This document shows, in pieces, positions 19,145 to 29,558 of a stretch of DNA of 64,000 nucleotides (positions are counted from its first letter, which is position 1; each line of letters begins with the position of its first letter). The notes below the pieces were generated by a model. That model was given only the letters and a program-made list of their open reading frames with translations. It did not search any database and was not told the DNA's origin. A program made the position numbers and the translations under genes. Source of the DNA: an uncultured bacterium (GTDB lineage: Bacteria; GCA-001730085); assembly GCA_964565945.1 (NCBI GenBank), contig CAZMGY010000021.1:44300-108299 (forward strand). The letters are read 5' to 3'.

Positions 19145-22100
19145 TGGCTTTGATTCCCAAATTCCAAGAAGAATACAGCGCGAAAATTCCAGCATTAACG
19201 CTGCTTCATAATCTTGGTTGGACGTTCTTATCACCCGAGCAAGCTTTATCCGCTCGCAATGGCAAAACCAGTGAGGTGGTTTTACGTGAAGTGTTGAGAG
19301 AAGAACTTCGAAAACGCCGTTTTACTTTTGCAGGGAAAGAACGCGTTTTTTCTGAAAATGCTATTGATAATGTTATTGCGGAACTATGCGCGCCAGCTTT
19401 GAACGAAGGCTTAGGTGTTGCTAATGAAAGAATATATAACCATTTGCTTTATGGTATATCGGTAAAAGAGTTTATTGACGGTAAGAAAGTAAATCCAACA
19501 ATCCAAATTATTGACTGGGACAATGTTGATAATAATAGTTTTCTTTTTACCGAAGAATTTAGTGTTTTAAGAACGGGTGAAGTTGAATCCCGTAGACCAG
19601 ATATTGTTTGTTTTGTGAATGGATTGCCATTTGCAGTGATCGAAGCAAAACGTCCTGATGGTCATACCAATAAGGGATTGACCATTGATGAAGGTATTTC
19701 CCAGAATATCCGCAATCAACGCAATGATGAAATCCCTCATTTATTTGCATACTCCCAACTTCTTTTTTCAATCAATGGGGCTGATGGTCGTTATGGCACG
19801 CAAGGTACATCAAAACCGTTTTGGGCACCTTGGCGCGAAGAAGATATTTCTGAAGGAGAATTTTATATCCTGAAAAATAAAGCATTGAGTTCTGATGCAA
19901 AAGATACACTGTTTTCGCATAGACCAAAGCAGGATCGTAAGTGGTATGAAGAGCTTATAGTTGGTGGCGAACTTGCCGTTACTGAACAAGACAAAATGCT
20001 CATAAGTCTTCTTTCTCCATCACGGTTGATTGAAATGACAAGATATTTTGTATTGTTCGATAAAAAAATAGGGAAAGTGGCAGCACGATATCAGCAAGTA
20101 TTTGGTATTAAGCGTCTGATCGAGAGAATTAATACAAAAGATAATAAGGGCGTGCGTCAGGGTGGTGTTATATGGCACACCACTGGCTCTGGTAAATCTT
20201 TTACCATGGTCTTCTTGTCGAAAGCTCTTATCTTGCATGGCTCATTGAAGCAGTGCCGTATCGTGGTCGTAACTGATCGTGTTGATTTGGAAAGCCAGTT
20301 AAGTACGACCTTTAGTACAGGCGGAGAACTTGCCAGCAAGAAGGATAAAGCAGCCGCTATTGCAACATCTGGAAGAATGTTAGCAGAACAGATTTCTAAA
20401 GGTAATGAGCGAATAATGTTTTCTATTATTAACAAATTTGCTGTCGCCGCCAAAATGCAAGAGTGTCATAACCTAAGCTCTGACATTATCGTTCTTATTG
20501 ATGAAGGACATCGTTCGCAAGGCGGTGAAAACTTTATCCGTATGCGCAATGCTCTGCCTAATGCAGCTTTTATTGCATTTACAGGAACGCCGTTGTTAAA
20601 AGATGATAAAACGGAAAATAAATTCGGCTCGATTGTTCATGCCTATACGATGCAAAGAGCAGTTGAAGACAAAGCTGTTACACCTCTGCTATATGAAGAA
20701 CGTATCCCTGATCTTGATGTAAATGAACGAGCGATTGATAGTTGGTTTGATCGGATTACAGAGGGTCTCACAGATGAGCAGAAGACGGATTTAAAAAAGA
20801 AATTTGCCAAGAAAGGACACCTTTATCAATCCGAAGATCGTATTCGTTTGATTGCTTATGATATAGCTAATCATTTTGTGAAGAATATTGATGATGGACT
20901 TAAGGGGCAGATTGCTTGTGATAGTAAATTATCAGCCATTAAATATAAGCAATTCATGGATGAGCTTGGTCTGTTTAAATCTGCGGTTGTAATGTCTGCG
21001 CCAGATACCAGAGAGGGCAACACAGATGTTGATGAAGCTACTATCCATGAGGTGGCTAAGTGGTGGAAGGAAAATGTAGGATCACAGGATGAGAAAAGTT
21101 ACACAAAAAATATTGTTAAGCGATTTGAGGAAGATAATGACCTTAAAATTATAATCGTAGTTGATAAGTTACTTACTGGATTTGATGAACCGAGAAATAC
21201 AGTTCTTTACATTGATAAGCCCCTCAAAGAGCACAGCCTGATTCAAGCTATAGCGCGAGTTAATCGTTTGCATGAGAAAAAGAAATTCGGTTTGCTTATT
21301 GATTATCGCGGTATTCTGGCAGAGCTTGATACCACAATAGCTAAATATCAGGATTTGGCTAGCCGTACTCAAGGTAGATTTGATATTGAAGACCTTGAAG
21401 GTCTCTATCAACAAATGAGCACCGAATATAAAAAACTACCGCGTTTGTATAAAGATTTATTAGCAATATTCAAGAATGTTAAAAATAAAGGCGATATTGA
21501 ACAGCTTCGTCAGGTTATAGTTCCAAAAGTACAAGAACAACATGGTGAAATGGTAGATATTAATTTAAAAGCACGTGAAGACTTCTATGATCGATTAAGT
21601 GAGTTTGCTAATTGTTTGAAAGTTGCTTTGCAATCAGCTAGTTTTTATGAAGATAAAAGCTTCACAGAACAGGACAGAAAGCACTACAAAGAAACTGTTA
21701 AACAATATTCATCATTGCGTCAACTTGCCAAGGCTGATGCGGGTGAGACAGTCGATTACGACGAATATGCCGAGCAAGTAAAGAAGCTGATGGATAAGCA
21801 TGTTGTCGGTGTGGAGGTTAAAGAACCTGATGGTGTTTATGAAGTAGGTAAGATGGGTAAATCTGATCCAAAAGACTGGTCAGAAGATAAAACTCGAAAC
21901 GAAACCGATATTATAAAAACTCGTATTACTCGCATGATAGAGCAAAGCTTGCGTGATGATCCTTATGCGCAAGAAGTTTTTTCTAAGCTACTTAAGCAGG
22001 TAATAGAGGAAGCAGAAACCTTGTTTGACCATCCGTTGAAGCAATACATGCTGTTTAAAGAATTTGAAGAAAAAGTCGAAAAACGTGAAGTCGATAGTTT

Positions 22101-22419
22101 GCCTGATAAGTTTGCAGATAATAAGCACGCACAAGCCTACTATGGTGTTTTGAAAATGTATGTTGGCGAAAACCTTTCTACCATAGATGAAGAACTATCT
22201 GACCGATGGGTGGGGCTTTCTTTCAATGTAGATGAGATTATTACGAATGCTATAGCCGAGCACTCAATAAATCCCCAAAACATTGAATCCGAAATTCGAA
22301 ACAAGCTACTTCCTATGATCTTTAGTGAGTGTAAGAAAGTAGGTTCAGGAATAGATCAGACTAAGGCAATAACTGAAAGAATTGTTCAGATTGTACGCGT
22401 AGGACTAAATCACTCATGA
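19144..22419 (+). CDS. hsdR: type I restriction enzyme R subunit (endonuclease/helicase)
   Basis: 1091 aa; helicase Walker A 'TTGSGKSFTM' and DEAD-box-like 'VLIDEGHRSQ'; start overlaps the upstream stop (TAATG). Confidence 0.92.
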   Translation: MALIPKFQEEYSAKIPALTLLHNLGWTFLSPEQALSARNGKTSEVVLREVLREELRKRRFTFAGKERVFSENAIDNVIAELCAPALNEGLGVANERIYNHLLYGISVKEFIDGKKVNPTIQIIDWDNVDNNSFLFTEEFSVLRTGEVESRRPDIVCFVNGLPFAVIEAKRPDGHTNKGLTIDEGISQNIRNQRNDEIPHLFAYSQLLFSINGADGRYGTQGTSKPFWAPWREEDISEGEFYILKNKALSSDAKDTLFSHRPKQDRKWYEELIVGGELAVTEQDKMLISLLSPSRLIEMTRYFVLFDKKIGKVAARYQQVFGIKRLIERINTKDNKGVRQGGVIWHTTGSGKSFTMVFLSKALILHGSLKQCRIVVVTDRVDLESQLSTTFSTGGELASKKDKAAAIATSGRMLAEQISKGNERIMFSIINKFAVAAKMQECHNLSSDIIVLIDEGHRSQGGENFIRMRNALPNAAFIAFTGTPLLKDDKTENKFGSIVHAYTMQRAVEDKAVTPLLYEERIPDLDVNERAIDSWFDRITEGLTDEQKTDLKKKFAKKGHLYQSEDRIRLIAYDIANHFVKNIDDGLKGQIACDSKLSAIKYKQFMDELGLFKSAVVMSAPDTREGNTDVDEATIHEVAKWWKENVGSQDEKSYTKNIVKRFEEDNDLKIIIVVDKLLTGFDEPRNTVLYIDKPLKEHSLIQAIARVNRLHEKKKFGLLIDYRGILAELDTTIAKYQDLASRTQGRFDIEDLEGLYQQMSTEYKKLPRLYKDLLAIFKNVKNKGDIEQLRQVIVPKVQEQHGEMVDINLKAREDFYDRLSEFANCLKVALQSASFYEDKSFTEQDRKHYKETVKQYSSLRQLAKADAGETVDYDEYAEQVKKLMDKHVVGVEVKEPDGVYEVGKMGKSDPKDWSEDKTRNETDIIKTRITRMIEQSLRDDPYAQEVFSKLLKQVIEEAETLFDHPLKQYMLFKEFEEKVEKREVDSLPDKFADNKHAQAYYGVLKMYVGENLSTIDEELSDRWVGLSFNVDEIITNAIAEHSINPQNIESEIRNKLLPMIFSECKKVGSGIDQTKAITERIVQIVRVGLNHS

Positions 22420-23165
22420 GGAATTTAGCTACACACAGGAATGGTTCAATTCAATATGGAGATACAGCCATTAATTTTTCTATTGAACCCAGAGCAACAG
22501 ATGCACCAAAAGTTTTAATAAAAGTACATCCAGATTGCCGCGTTGTAGCACTTGCACCACCGATGGCATCTCATGATGAAATTATGCAGGCGGTAAAGAA
22601 ACGAGCACGATGGGTTTGTAAACAAATGCGGTACTTTGATAAACAACGCGAAAATATTCTCCCGCGTCACTATGTTAGTGGCGAAAGTCATTTCTATCTT
22701 GGGCGTAGGCATCTATTAAAGGTTCAAGAAAATGCTCAAGATACTCCCAAGGTGAAGTTGCTACGGGGTGTTTTGGAAGTTCAAGTACGCAAAGTAAGCC
22801 CAGAAAAAATAAAAGCAATGCTTTTTGATTGGTATAGAGTTCGTGCTAAAGAAGTATTTGATCGTAGGCTAGAAGAAGTTGTTTCTAAAACATTGTGGGT
22901 AAATGATAAGCCATCTATTCACCTTCTTTCTATGCAGACGCAATGGGGGAGTTGCTCGCCGAAAGGTCAGTTGACAATTAATCCTCATTTGGTGAAAGCA
23001 CCAAGAGATTGTATTGATTATGTGCTACTTCATGAGCTTTGCCATATTGCAGAACATAATCATAGTGAACGGTTCTATCGGCTAATGAAGCAAGTTATGC
23101 CTCATTGGGAAAAAGTAAAAGAAAGACTCGATGGTATGGCTTACTTTTATTTGAACGATACTTAA
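22416..23165 (+). CDS. M48-family zinc metallopeptidase (DUF45/YgjP-like), R-M associated
   Basis: 249 aa; HExxH zinc motif in 'YVLLHELCHIAEHNHSERF'; ATGA overlap with the hsdR stop. Confidence 0.8.
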   Translation: MRNLATHRNGSIQYGDTAINFSIEPRATDAPKVLIKVHPDCRVVALAPPMASHDEIMQAVKKRARWVCKQMRYFDKQRENILPRHYVSGESHFYLGRRHLLKVQENAQDTPKVKLLRGVLEVQVRKVSPEKIKAMLFDWYRVRAKEVFDRRLEEVVSKTLWVNDKPSIHLLSMQTQWGSCSPKGQLTINPHLVKAPRDCIDYVLLHELCHIAEHNHSERFYRLMKQVMPHWEKVKERLDGMAYFYLNDT

Positions 23166-23283
23166 GGGTTTTCATTGATTACGCATTACTGGGAACTAAC
23201 GATTGCTTGATAAATGGCTATTCGCATAGTTTTTGTTAAAAATTGAGTGCTAACCAATAGCGGACATAAGCAAAGGAGATATC

Positions 23284-26200
23284 TTGGGGAAAAAAGAAGC
23301 AAGGCGCACTAAGTCAAAGTCAACACCGCGTCAAACAGGTGGGGCAGGATACGACTTCGAAGATTTGATTGCAGCCTGGATGATGGTGAAGATGCTGCGT
23401 GAGATTAGGTTGCCAGGTGTTGAGGAGTTTGGTACAGCGATTCAATGGCAAGCGGAAGTGTTAGGTTGGGAACAGATCGATGACCTTCTGGTTACATGTG
23501 TGGTTGAAGAAGAAAAGAAAAAGCAGCTAGCCATCTCTTGTAAAAGCAACATGCAAGTTAGTGGGTCTGGGCTTCCATTTGATTTTCTCAAAAATGCTTG
23601 GTCACTATGGATAAAAGGCGAGCCTTTTAATAAGGAAAATGATTGCATGATGTTGGTTCAGAAAGGCAGCAATCAAAATTTTTTTACTGCTTGGGCAGAC
23701 CTAAAATATTGGTGTTCTGAGGGCGATGTAGAAACGGCTCTAGCACGAATTACAGCTTCTCAGAAACATAGTAAAATATACAATGGCGTTAAGGCTCCTG
23801 ATAAAAGCAGTAATTATACAAACGAAGATACTATTGCGCTTATACGCAGTTTAGAAGTTATTCCTGCAGATTTTCATTTAGCTAGTTCGGAATACGAAGA
23901 CACTTCATTATCCCATTGTCGTGATCTTTTGCAGGATGGCTCTGAAGAGACTGCAAAAAAGCTATGGGACTGGCTTCTCAAGAAAGCTAAAGTCAAACGT
24001 ATCTCAGGTGGAACATTACAGCTATCAGAGTTGTGGCAAGAATTGGTTCCAGCATTTGATTTAAAAGACCATCCAAACTTTCTTTCATCATGGAAGTCTC
24101 TTAAAGCTATATCCGAAGAATATAAGAGATCAATCGAAATTGAATTGCCTAATGGTCATAGTGTCATAAGGCCTGCCGAAGAAGACCTGATAGAGCATCT
24201 TAGAGATGGTCCAATATGTATTGTATATGGTAGCTCTGGAAGGGGTAAATCGGCGGTTGTTAAATCTACTTTAGATAAGAAGCTATCTGATTGGAATCAG
24301 GTTTGGTTTTCTCCGGAAAACCTAGACTTAGCTTCAAGTGAAAGGACTCGCTCAGAAGTGGGATTGCTTAGACCTTTGCAGGATGTACTTGCTCACTCAT
24401 CGGAAGAAAAAAATGTCCTAATTATAGATTCTGCTGAGAGGATTAACCCCGATAGCAGAAAAATTGTAAAGTCGCTTATTTCCAACCTATTGATACACAA
24501 TGGCGAACAGAAGAGTCGTTTGAACTGGCGAGTTATCATTGTTGGGCAAACCGAGGCTTGGGCATCTGGCAATTTTCATGAAATTTCAGGACTCTCTTCT
24601 ATTCAGCCTATAGAAATTTCTTCCCTTGACCCTTCGGATGTCAGAGCAGCTTTGCATTCAAGCAATCACTTATCTTGGCTTGCTTCGGATAACGAAGCGC
24701 TTATAGCCTTAGGTAACTTGAAAACTTTGGCTTGGGTAATGCGAGCTGGAACCATTTTTCCAAAAGGGGGAATGAATAGCATATCGTTGCCTGCAATCGC
24801 TGATCGTTTATGGTCGTATTGGACAAAAGATAAAATAAAACTTCAGAATCTTCTGATGCAACTTGCTGAACGTGAAGCTCAATTTGAACGTAGCTTTCCT
24901 ATCAGTGGGTTTGGTATTGATGTAAGCCAAGCTCTTGATGAAGGTTTGGAATGCTTGCCACTACGAAAAAGAAAAGAGACTAATTCAATCGAGTTTGAGC
25001 ATGACCTGGGTGCTGATTGGGCAAGGTTTCAGCGTTTAAAAGAAATAAAAAATGACATAAGCTCTTGGGCACCATTTGCTAGCAACCCTCTCTGGCATAA
25101 TGCTTTGCGCATGATGGGGCAACTCCTATTACGAGAAAAAACTGAACAAGGAACACTATGGGATGTTGTTTATGATGAAGCAGAAAAAACAAAAGTTGAA
25201 AATCCTTTAGCAGCAGATATTCTCTTAGATTCTTTGTGCCTTGATCCATTTGCTGCGCATTATCTTAATGAGCGGTCGGATATACTTTTTGCAGATAACG
25301 GGGCTCGTTTAAACCGCTTATTAAAACGTTTTCATCATATAGCGACCGTTTCAAATGTCTCTAGCGAGTCCTTGGACATTGATCCCTCGCTAAAATTGTA
25401 TTTAGAAGACATGCAAAGGTTGCCAATCTATGGTCGTTGGCCACAAATTGCACAATTTCTTTCAGATCACAAAGAACAAGTTTCCAGCCTAATCTCACCA
25501 ACTATTTCAAAACTATGTGAGACTTGGCTTACAACAACACCTCTCTATCTTGATCCTGAGGCAAATACGCCGATGCCCTATAGAAAGGTATTTGCAGAGC
25601 TTGCTTTAAGCACGGTAAGGACTTTACAACTTGAGCAAAAGAAAGGGCACTTGTGGCTCACAGATGACAGCGAAAAGCCTCTTTATGGGGCAGCATTTGC
25701 GGCTGTAAACGATCTTCCTGACGAAGTCTGCGAATGGGCTTTAGAAATGGCCTGTAGAAGACCTTGCAAAAAAGAAATACCTGAAGCGCTTGCAGCCTAT
25801 CGAGAAGAAAGAAGAAAAGAACATAGAGAAAAATTGCGCACTGATAAGGCTTATCCTGAAAGGCACGAGCGTTTACGTTCAATGCCTTCCGGTATTTCAA
25901 GCCATAGAGATTTACCTCCATGGCCATTAGGGCCACAAGGTAGTGTAGATAATACTTTTCGAGATTATTGCTTGAACTCAAACTCCATGGCTAGGCTGAT
26001 GTATCTAAGGCCAGAAGTTGCAAGCGAGTGCCTTCTTGCAATGCTAATAGATTATTCGCGTAGCCCTCTCCGAGATGATTTAGGTCTAGTGTATAGTCAC
26101 ACAGGATACCCTACGGCATATTGGAAAAGTCCATTTTTCCAGTTTTTACAGTTGAATAGCACTATAGCCATGGATTCCCTTATTTCGCTCGTTAATTTTT

Positions 26201-28536
26201 GTACAGATCGATGGGCAGATGATTTTGAGAGCGATTATAGTCTAGAGGTAAGTCTACGAGATGGTCAAAAACAAAGTTTGAAAGGAAACGGACATGTTTT
26301 CTCCTGGTCTCAAGAAAGCTCCACATCTAACGGACAGCTCTACTGTGCGTTAGCAGCACTAGAAAAATGGATTTATATTGAAATTGATAAGGACGCAGAT
26401 GTAGAGCCTGCGCTCAAGAGACTTATCGAAAACTCAAATTCTGTTGCAATAATAGGCGTGCTCCTAAATGTCGGTAAATACAAACCAAGCTTATTTACAA
26501 GCGCATTACAACCTTTTTTAGGGGTATATGAATTCTATCAAGCCGATGACAACCGCCTTCTAGATGCCGGGCATTGGTATGATGCTGGGGCATGGCCGTG
26601 TGAGGGTGAAAAAATATTTGAAATGGCCAAAGAGTGGCACTTTGCTCCGCACCGGAAAATTCCGTTGCGGCAATTAGCTGTTCAACTTGCTCTCAGTGAT
26701 AAAGAGACAGCCTCTTTTATTAAGGAAGCTTCTGAAAGTTGGGAAACACATTCAGTCGAGGAAAAATATGATTTAGAGGTAAGGATATTAAAAGCTGAAC
26801 TTGATCCTGAAAATTATAAGCCAGAAAAAGACCAACAATCTGGGCAGACATTATTGAGGTGTTATTACCCAGACAAGCTACAGAAGGACATAGAAGATTT
26901 TCAGAAAAGAAAAAGTCCGAGATGGCATGCTGTTACTATACCTATTCAATGTGAAGAATTATTGGCTTCGTCTCATAACATTACTGATGAAGAGGCTGAG
27001 AGATTAGCTTCTGCACTCAATGTTGTTCCTATAGAAGAAGATGAAGAGAGCATCCTCGCGACAGAAGCGGCGATCGCAGCTACGTTGTTAATAAAGGCAC
27101 CTAGCTGGCTAGACAAAAACCCTGATCTTAAAAAGAAAACAAATGAAATTATTCAAAATATAATTTCTAGTATTGGAGACACCTTAGAATCTTTGAGAGC
27201 TACCGGACATCTTATGAGTGATAGGTCGCTTGCCTTTGCCACTCATGTTGTTGTTGAAGAATTTATAAACAACCCGTCCCATGATAGGGACGTAGATGCT
27301 TCTGTATTAAGAATTTTAACCAGTGGTGACAACCAGGCTGTCTTCATTTTGATGAATGCGGCTTATCAAAATAGAGATAAGCTAGGTGATCGCTGGTGGC
27401 GTCTCATACAAATATCAATCTTTTGTGCTGGACTTAATAGCCTTAGTCCGGGCTTTAGAGAAGATGAAGATAAATCGATTGAATTACGTTGGGCGCGTTG
27501 GTTGATATGGTTGCGCACCCGTGATTTAAACGTTTCAGTAAATGCAGAAGCTATTGACCCAATCGGATTAGCGGTTCGTGTGGATCGTTTAAAAATGGCT
27601 CGTATTAAACGGCTATTTGGAAAAGATACAGACGGACGTTTGCGTTACTATCATCGAGGGTTTTTTGGCCTTGAGACCTACACGTTGGATAAAATGTTTT
27701 CATGGATGCTGAGTGATCATGGGCAAGGGGCTGACAATAGTTCGGATGTGCGTCTCTTAACTCAAAAACTTTGGGTGTTCGAAGCTTGGAGAAAGCAAAA
27801 AAGCGAAGAAGCCAACGATGAAGATAATGACCGTGATAGCCTTCCAAGCGATTTAGGTTACTCGCTTCTTCAAAAGCTATCAAAGCTTATGCTGACTGCA
27901 CAAAAAGATGAAGCGTCTAAGATTTGGAAGCCGATACTTTCTATGGGCGTAGATGGTCATCATTCTATTGAGCATTTCATTGATGGGTGGCTGCTAGGAG
28001 TGGTTCAAACCAAAAATACAAACTCCCTTTCTCAGTTTTGGAGAGAATTAATTGAGTTTGCGCTCTTATCTCCCAACTGGTCTCCCAATAAATATTGGTA
28101 TAAAGGAGAAGAGTTATTTCGACATCTTTTAGGATTTGGCTTGATTAATCTTGCGGAGTTTGAAGGTGCTCAAAACATTATTTTCGAAATAAAGGATCTG
28201 TATAAACGTTGGGCTGATACACACCTTTCTCAGGAAGAGGAAAATATAGCAGGCTTTGCATATTTTCTTTCCTCTAAAGTGGGGGCACCTATTCGGTATG
28301 ATGGTCTGCTGTGGATCAGAGACTCCTTGCGACCTCCCAATCCTGCATATTGGCGTCGAATGGAAACCGGACGCTCTCTTGTTGATCTTTTGGATGTTAT
28401 CATTACCGAAGAAACTAAACAAATATCTTCAGATTCTGAGTTTCGCGATGCGTTATTGAGGGTTGCAGCACATTTGGCTGATAGGCAAGTTCCTATTGCA
28501 TTATTGTTGCAAGAGAAGATTCGCCAGGTGCATTAG
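23284..28536 (+). CDS. very large (1750 aa) P-loop NTPase of unknown function; candidate defense protein
   Basis: Single uninterrupted ORF, AAGGAG RBS and apparent TTG start; Walker A 'YGSSGRGKSAVVKS' near residue ~320 and Walker B-like 'VLIIDSAERI' ~60 aa later; long helical C-terminus; no family recognised by eye. Confidence 0.8.
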   Translation: MGKKEARRTKSKSTPRQTGGAGYDFEDLIAAWMMVKMLREIRLPGVEEFGTAIQWQAEVLGWEQIDDLLVTCVVEEEKKKQLAISCKSNMQVSGSGLPFDFLKNAWSLWIKGEPFNKENDCMMLVQKGSNQNFFTAWADLKYWCSEGDVETALARITASQKHSKIYNGVKAPDKSSNYTNEDTIALIRSLEVIPADFHLASSEYEDTSLSHCRDLLQDGSEETAKKLWDWLLKKAKVKRISGGTLQLSELWQELVPAFDLKDHPNFLSSWKSLKAISEEYKRSIEIELPNGHSVIRPAEEDLIEHLRDGPICIVYGSSGRGKSAVVKSTLDKKLSDWNQVWFSPENLDLASSERTRSEVGLLRPLQDVLAHSSEEKNVLIIDSAERINPDSRKIVKSLISNLLIHNGEQKSRLNWRVIIVGQTEAWASGNFHEISGLSSIQPIEISSLDPSDVRAALHSSNHLSWLASDNEALIALGNLKTLAWVMRAGTIFPKGGMNSISLPAIADRLWSYWTKDKIKLQNLLMQLAEREAQFERSFPISGFGIDVSQALDEGLECLPLRKRKETNSIEFEHDLGADWARFQRLKEIKNDISSWAPFASNPLWHNALRMMGQLLLREKTEQGTLWDVVYDEAEKTKVENPLAADILLDSLCLDPFAAHYLNERSDILFADNGARLNRLLKRFHHIATVSNVSSESLDIDPSLKLYLEDMQRLPIYGRWPQIAQFLSDHKEQVSSLISPTISKLCETWLTTTPLYLDPEANTPMPYRKVFAELALSTVRTLQLEQKKGHLWLTDDSEKPLYGAAFAAVNDLPDEVCEWALEMACRRPCKKEIPEALAAYREERRKEHREKLRTDKAYPERHERLRSMPSGISSHRDLPPWPLGPQGSVDNTFRDYCLNSNSMARLMYLRPEVASECLLAMLIDYSRSPLRDDLGLVYSHTGYPTAYWKSPFFQFLQLNSTIAMDSLISLVNFCTDRWADDFESDYSLEVSLRDGQKQSLKGNGHVFSWSQESSTSNGQLYCALAALEKWIYIEIDKDADVEPALKRLIENSNSVAIIGVLLNVGKYKPSLFTSALQPFLGVYEFYQADDNRLLDAGHWYDAGAWPCEGEKIFEMAKEWHFAPHRKIPLRQLAVQLALSDKETASFIKEASESWETHSVEEKYDLEVRILKAELDPENYKPEKDQQSGQTLLRCYYPDKLQKDIEDFQKRKSPRWHAVTIPIQCEELLASSHNITDEEAERLASALNVVPIEEDEESILATEAAIAATLLIKAPSWLDKNPDLKKKTNEIIQNIISSIGDTLESLRATGHLMSDRSLAFATHVVVEEFINNPSHDRDVDASVLRILTSGDNQAVFILMNAAYQNRDKLGDRWWRLIQISIFCAGLNSLSPGFREDEDKSIELRWARWLIWLRTRDLNVSVNAEAIDPIGLAVRVDRLKMARIKRLFGKDTDGRLRYYHRGFFGLETYTLDKMFSWMLSDHGQGADNSSDVRLLTQKLWVFEAWRKQKSEEANDEDNDRDSLPSDLGYSLLQKLSKLMLTAQKDEASKIWKPILSMGVDGHHSIEHFIDGWLLGVVQTKNTNSLSQFWRELIEFALLSPNWSPNKYWYKGEELFRHLLGFGLINLAEFEGAQNIIFEIKDLYKRWADTHLSQEEENIAGFAYFLSSKVGAPIRYDGLLWIRDSLRPPNPAYWRRMETGRSLVDLLDVIITEETKQISSDSEFRDALLRVAAHLADRQVPIALLLQEKIRQVH

Positions 28537-28597
28537 AAGTTTTATTGAATTATCAAACCAAACAATAACAATTTACGTTCACTTTGCACTTTAGTGA

Positions 28598-28810
28598 TTA
28601 CAGGTTACTTTGTGCGTAGTAATCGAGGTAAACCTCTTCAACCTTGTTTCCATTTGGTACTTTGACATCATGATGACCAGTGTCTAATTTTCCCTTTTCA
28701 ATTTGATCTGCAAGTGATCGTAATACCCAAGCCACGGCTTTGCCATTGCTGCAATCAATCTCTATATCGCATTTTAACCGTTCTTCGAAGTCTGGATCAC
28801 CATCGAGCAT
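28598..28810 (-). CDS. hypothetical small protein
   Basis: 70-aa ORF with AAGGAG RBS 9 nt upstream of ATG; convergent with the large NTPase gene. Confidence 0.4.
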   Translation of the reverse strand: MLDGDPDFEERLKCDIEIDCSNGKAVAWVLRSLADQIEKGKLDTGHHDVKVPNGNKVEEVYLDYYAQSNL

Positions 28811-28920
28811 GTTTTAAACTCCTTTGCTGAGCTTTTTTTATATTTGTAGGGCTTCGCTATAGAGCATGATGTGAAAACATTAATGACGAGGTCAGTTTCA
28901 GCTTTTTGACAGAAAAAGCT

Positions 28921-29100
28921 TCAAGGGCATGGTGGCATATAAGTCAATTCACTTTGAATATTTTCAATAGATGCTAAAGCATTTCTTCTTTGATGCGTAT
29001 GAGGTTCACTCATCGCAAGTTCGTTAAAAGCATTTCTTAAATATCCATGTAGCTCACTTTCGTTTTTTGCTGCCAATTCAAATCTTGTTACCAGTCTCAT
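28921..29100 (-). CDS. hypothetical small protein
   Basis: 59 aa from internal Met 'MRLVTRFELAAKNESELHGYLRNAF...' with AGGAGG RBS 6 nt upstream. Confidence 0.4.
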   Translation of the reverse strand: MRLVTRFELAAKNESELHGYLRNAFNELAMSEPHTHQRRNALASIENIQSELTYMPPCP

Positions 29101-29558
29101 TTTTACCTCCTGTTTGTGGAGGTCGCGTTTATTCACGACCTTTGTTAAAGCCGCTTGTGCGCTGGAAAAATGGACTGCACCTTTGGTCGAAATATATGGA
29201 GAAGCGTGGCAAATCTCATGCTTGCAGTTCTAATGATCTCAAGTGCTTAAATAGGTTTTATAAAAGTCTGATAAAAACGCCCCTCATACAAAAGAGTAAG
29301 AGAGGCTGAATAACTAAATTGTTGGCTCACTTGAAAAAAATAAGAGAGCCAGTTGGTTTAATAGAAAAGATGAAGGACGCTGCGCCCCCTCAAATTCAAG
29401 AATAATGACGGTTTCCATTTGGGTAAGTCTCAAATAGACCCTCCGCAATTTTTCTGGATTTTTTCACCCCCGCCTAGTCGCCCTAGTCGGCAGAAGTTCA
29501 GGCGCGAGGCAAAAACGCTTCGCTAAGAACTTCAAAACCGAATTTAGGAGATAATAAA

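Noticed and set aside
19559-21414. Short antisense ORFs inside hsdR (19559-19771, 20020-20453, 21169-21414)
   Set aside because: They lie fully within the strongly supported hsdR frame on the opposite strand and show no motifs; ordinary antisense noise. The same applies to antisense ORFs inside the giant NTPase, msbA, lpxB and the outer-membrane protein gene.
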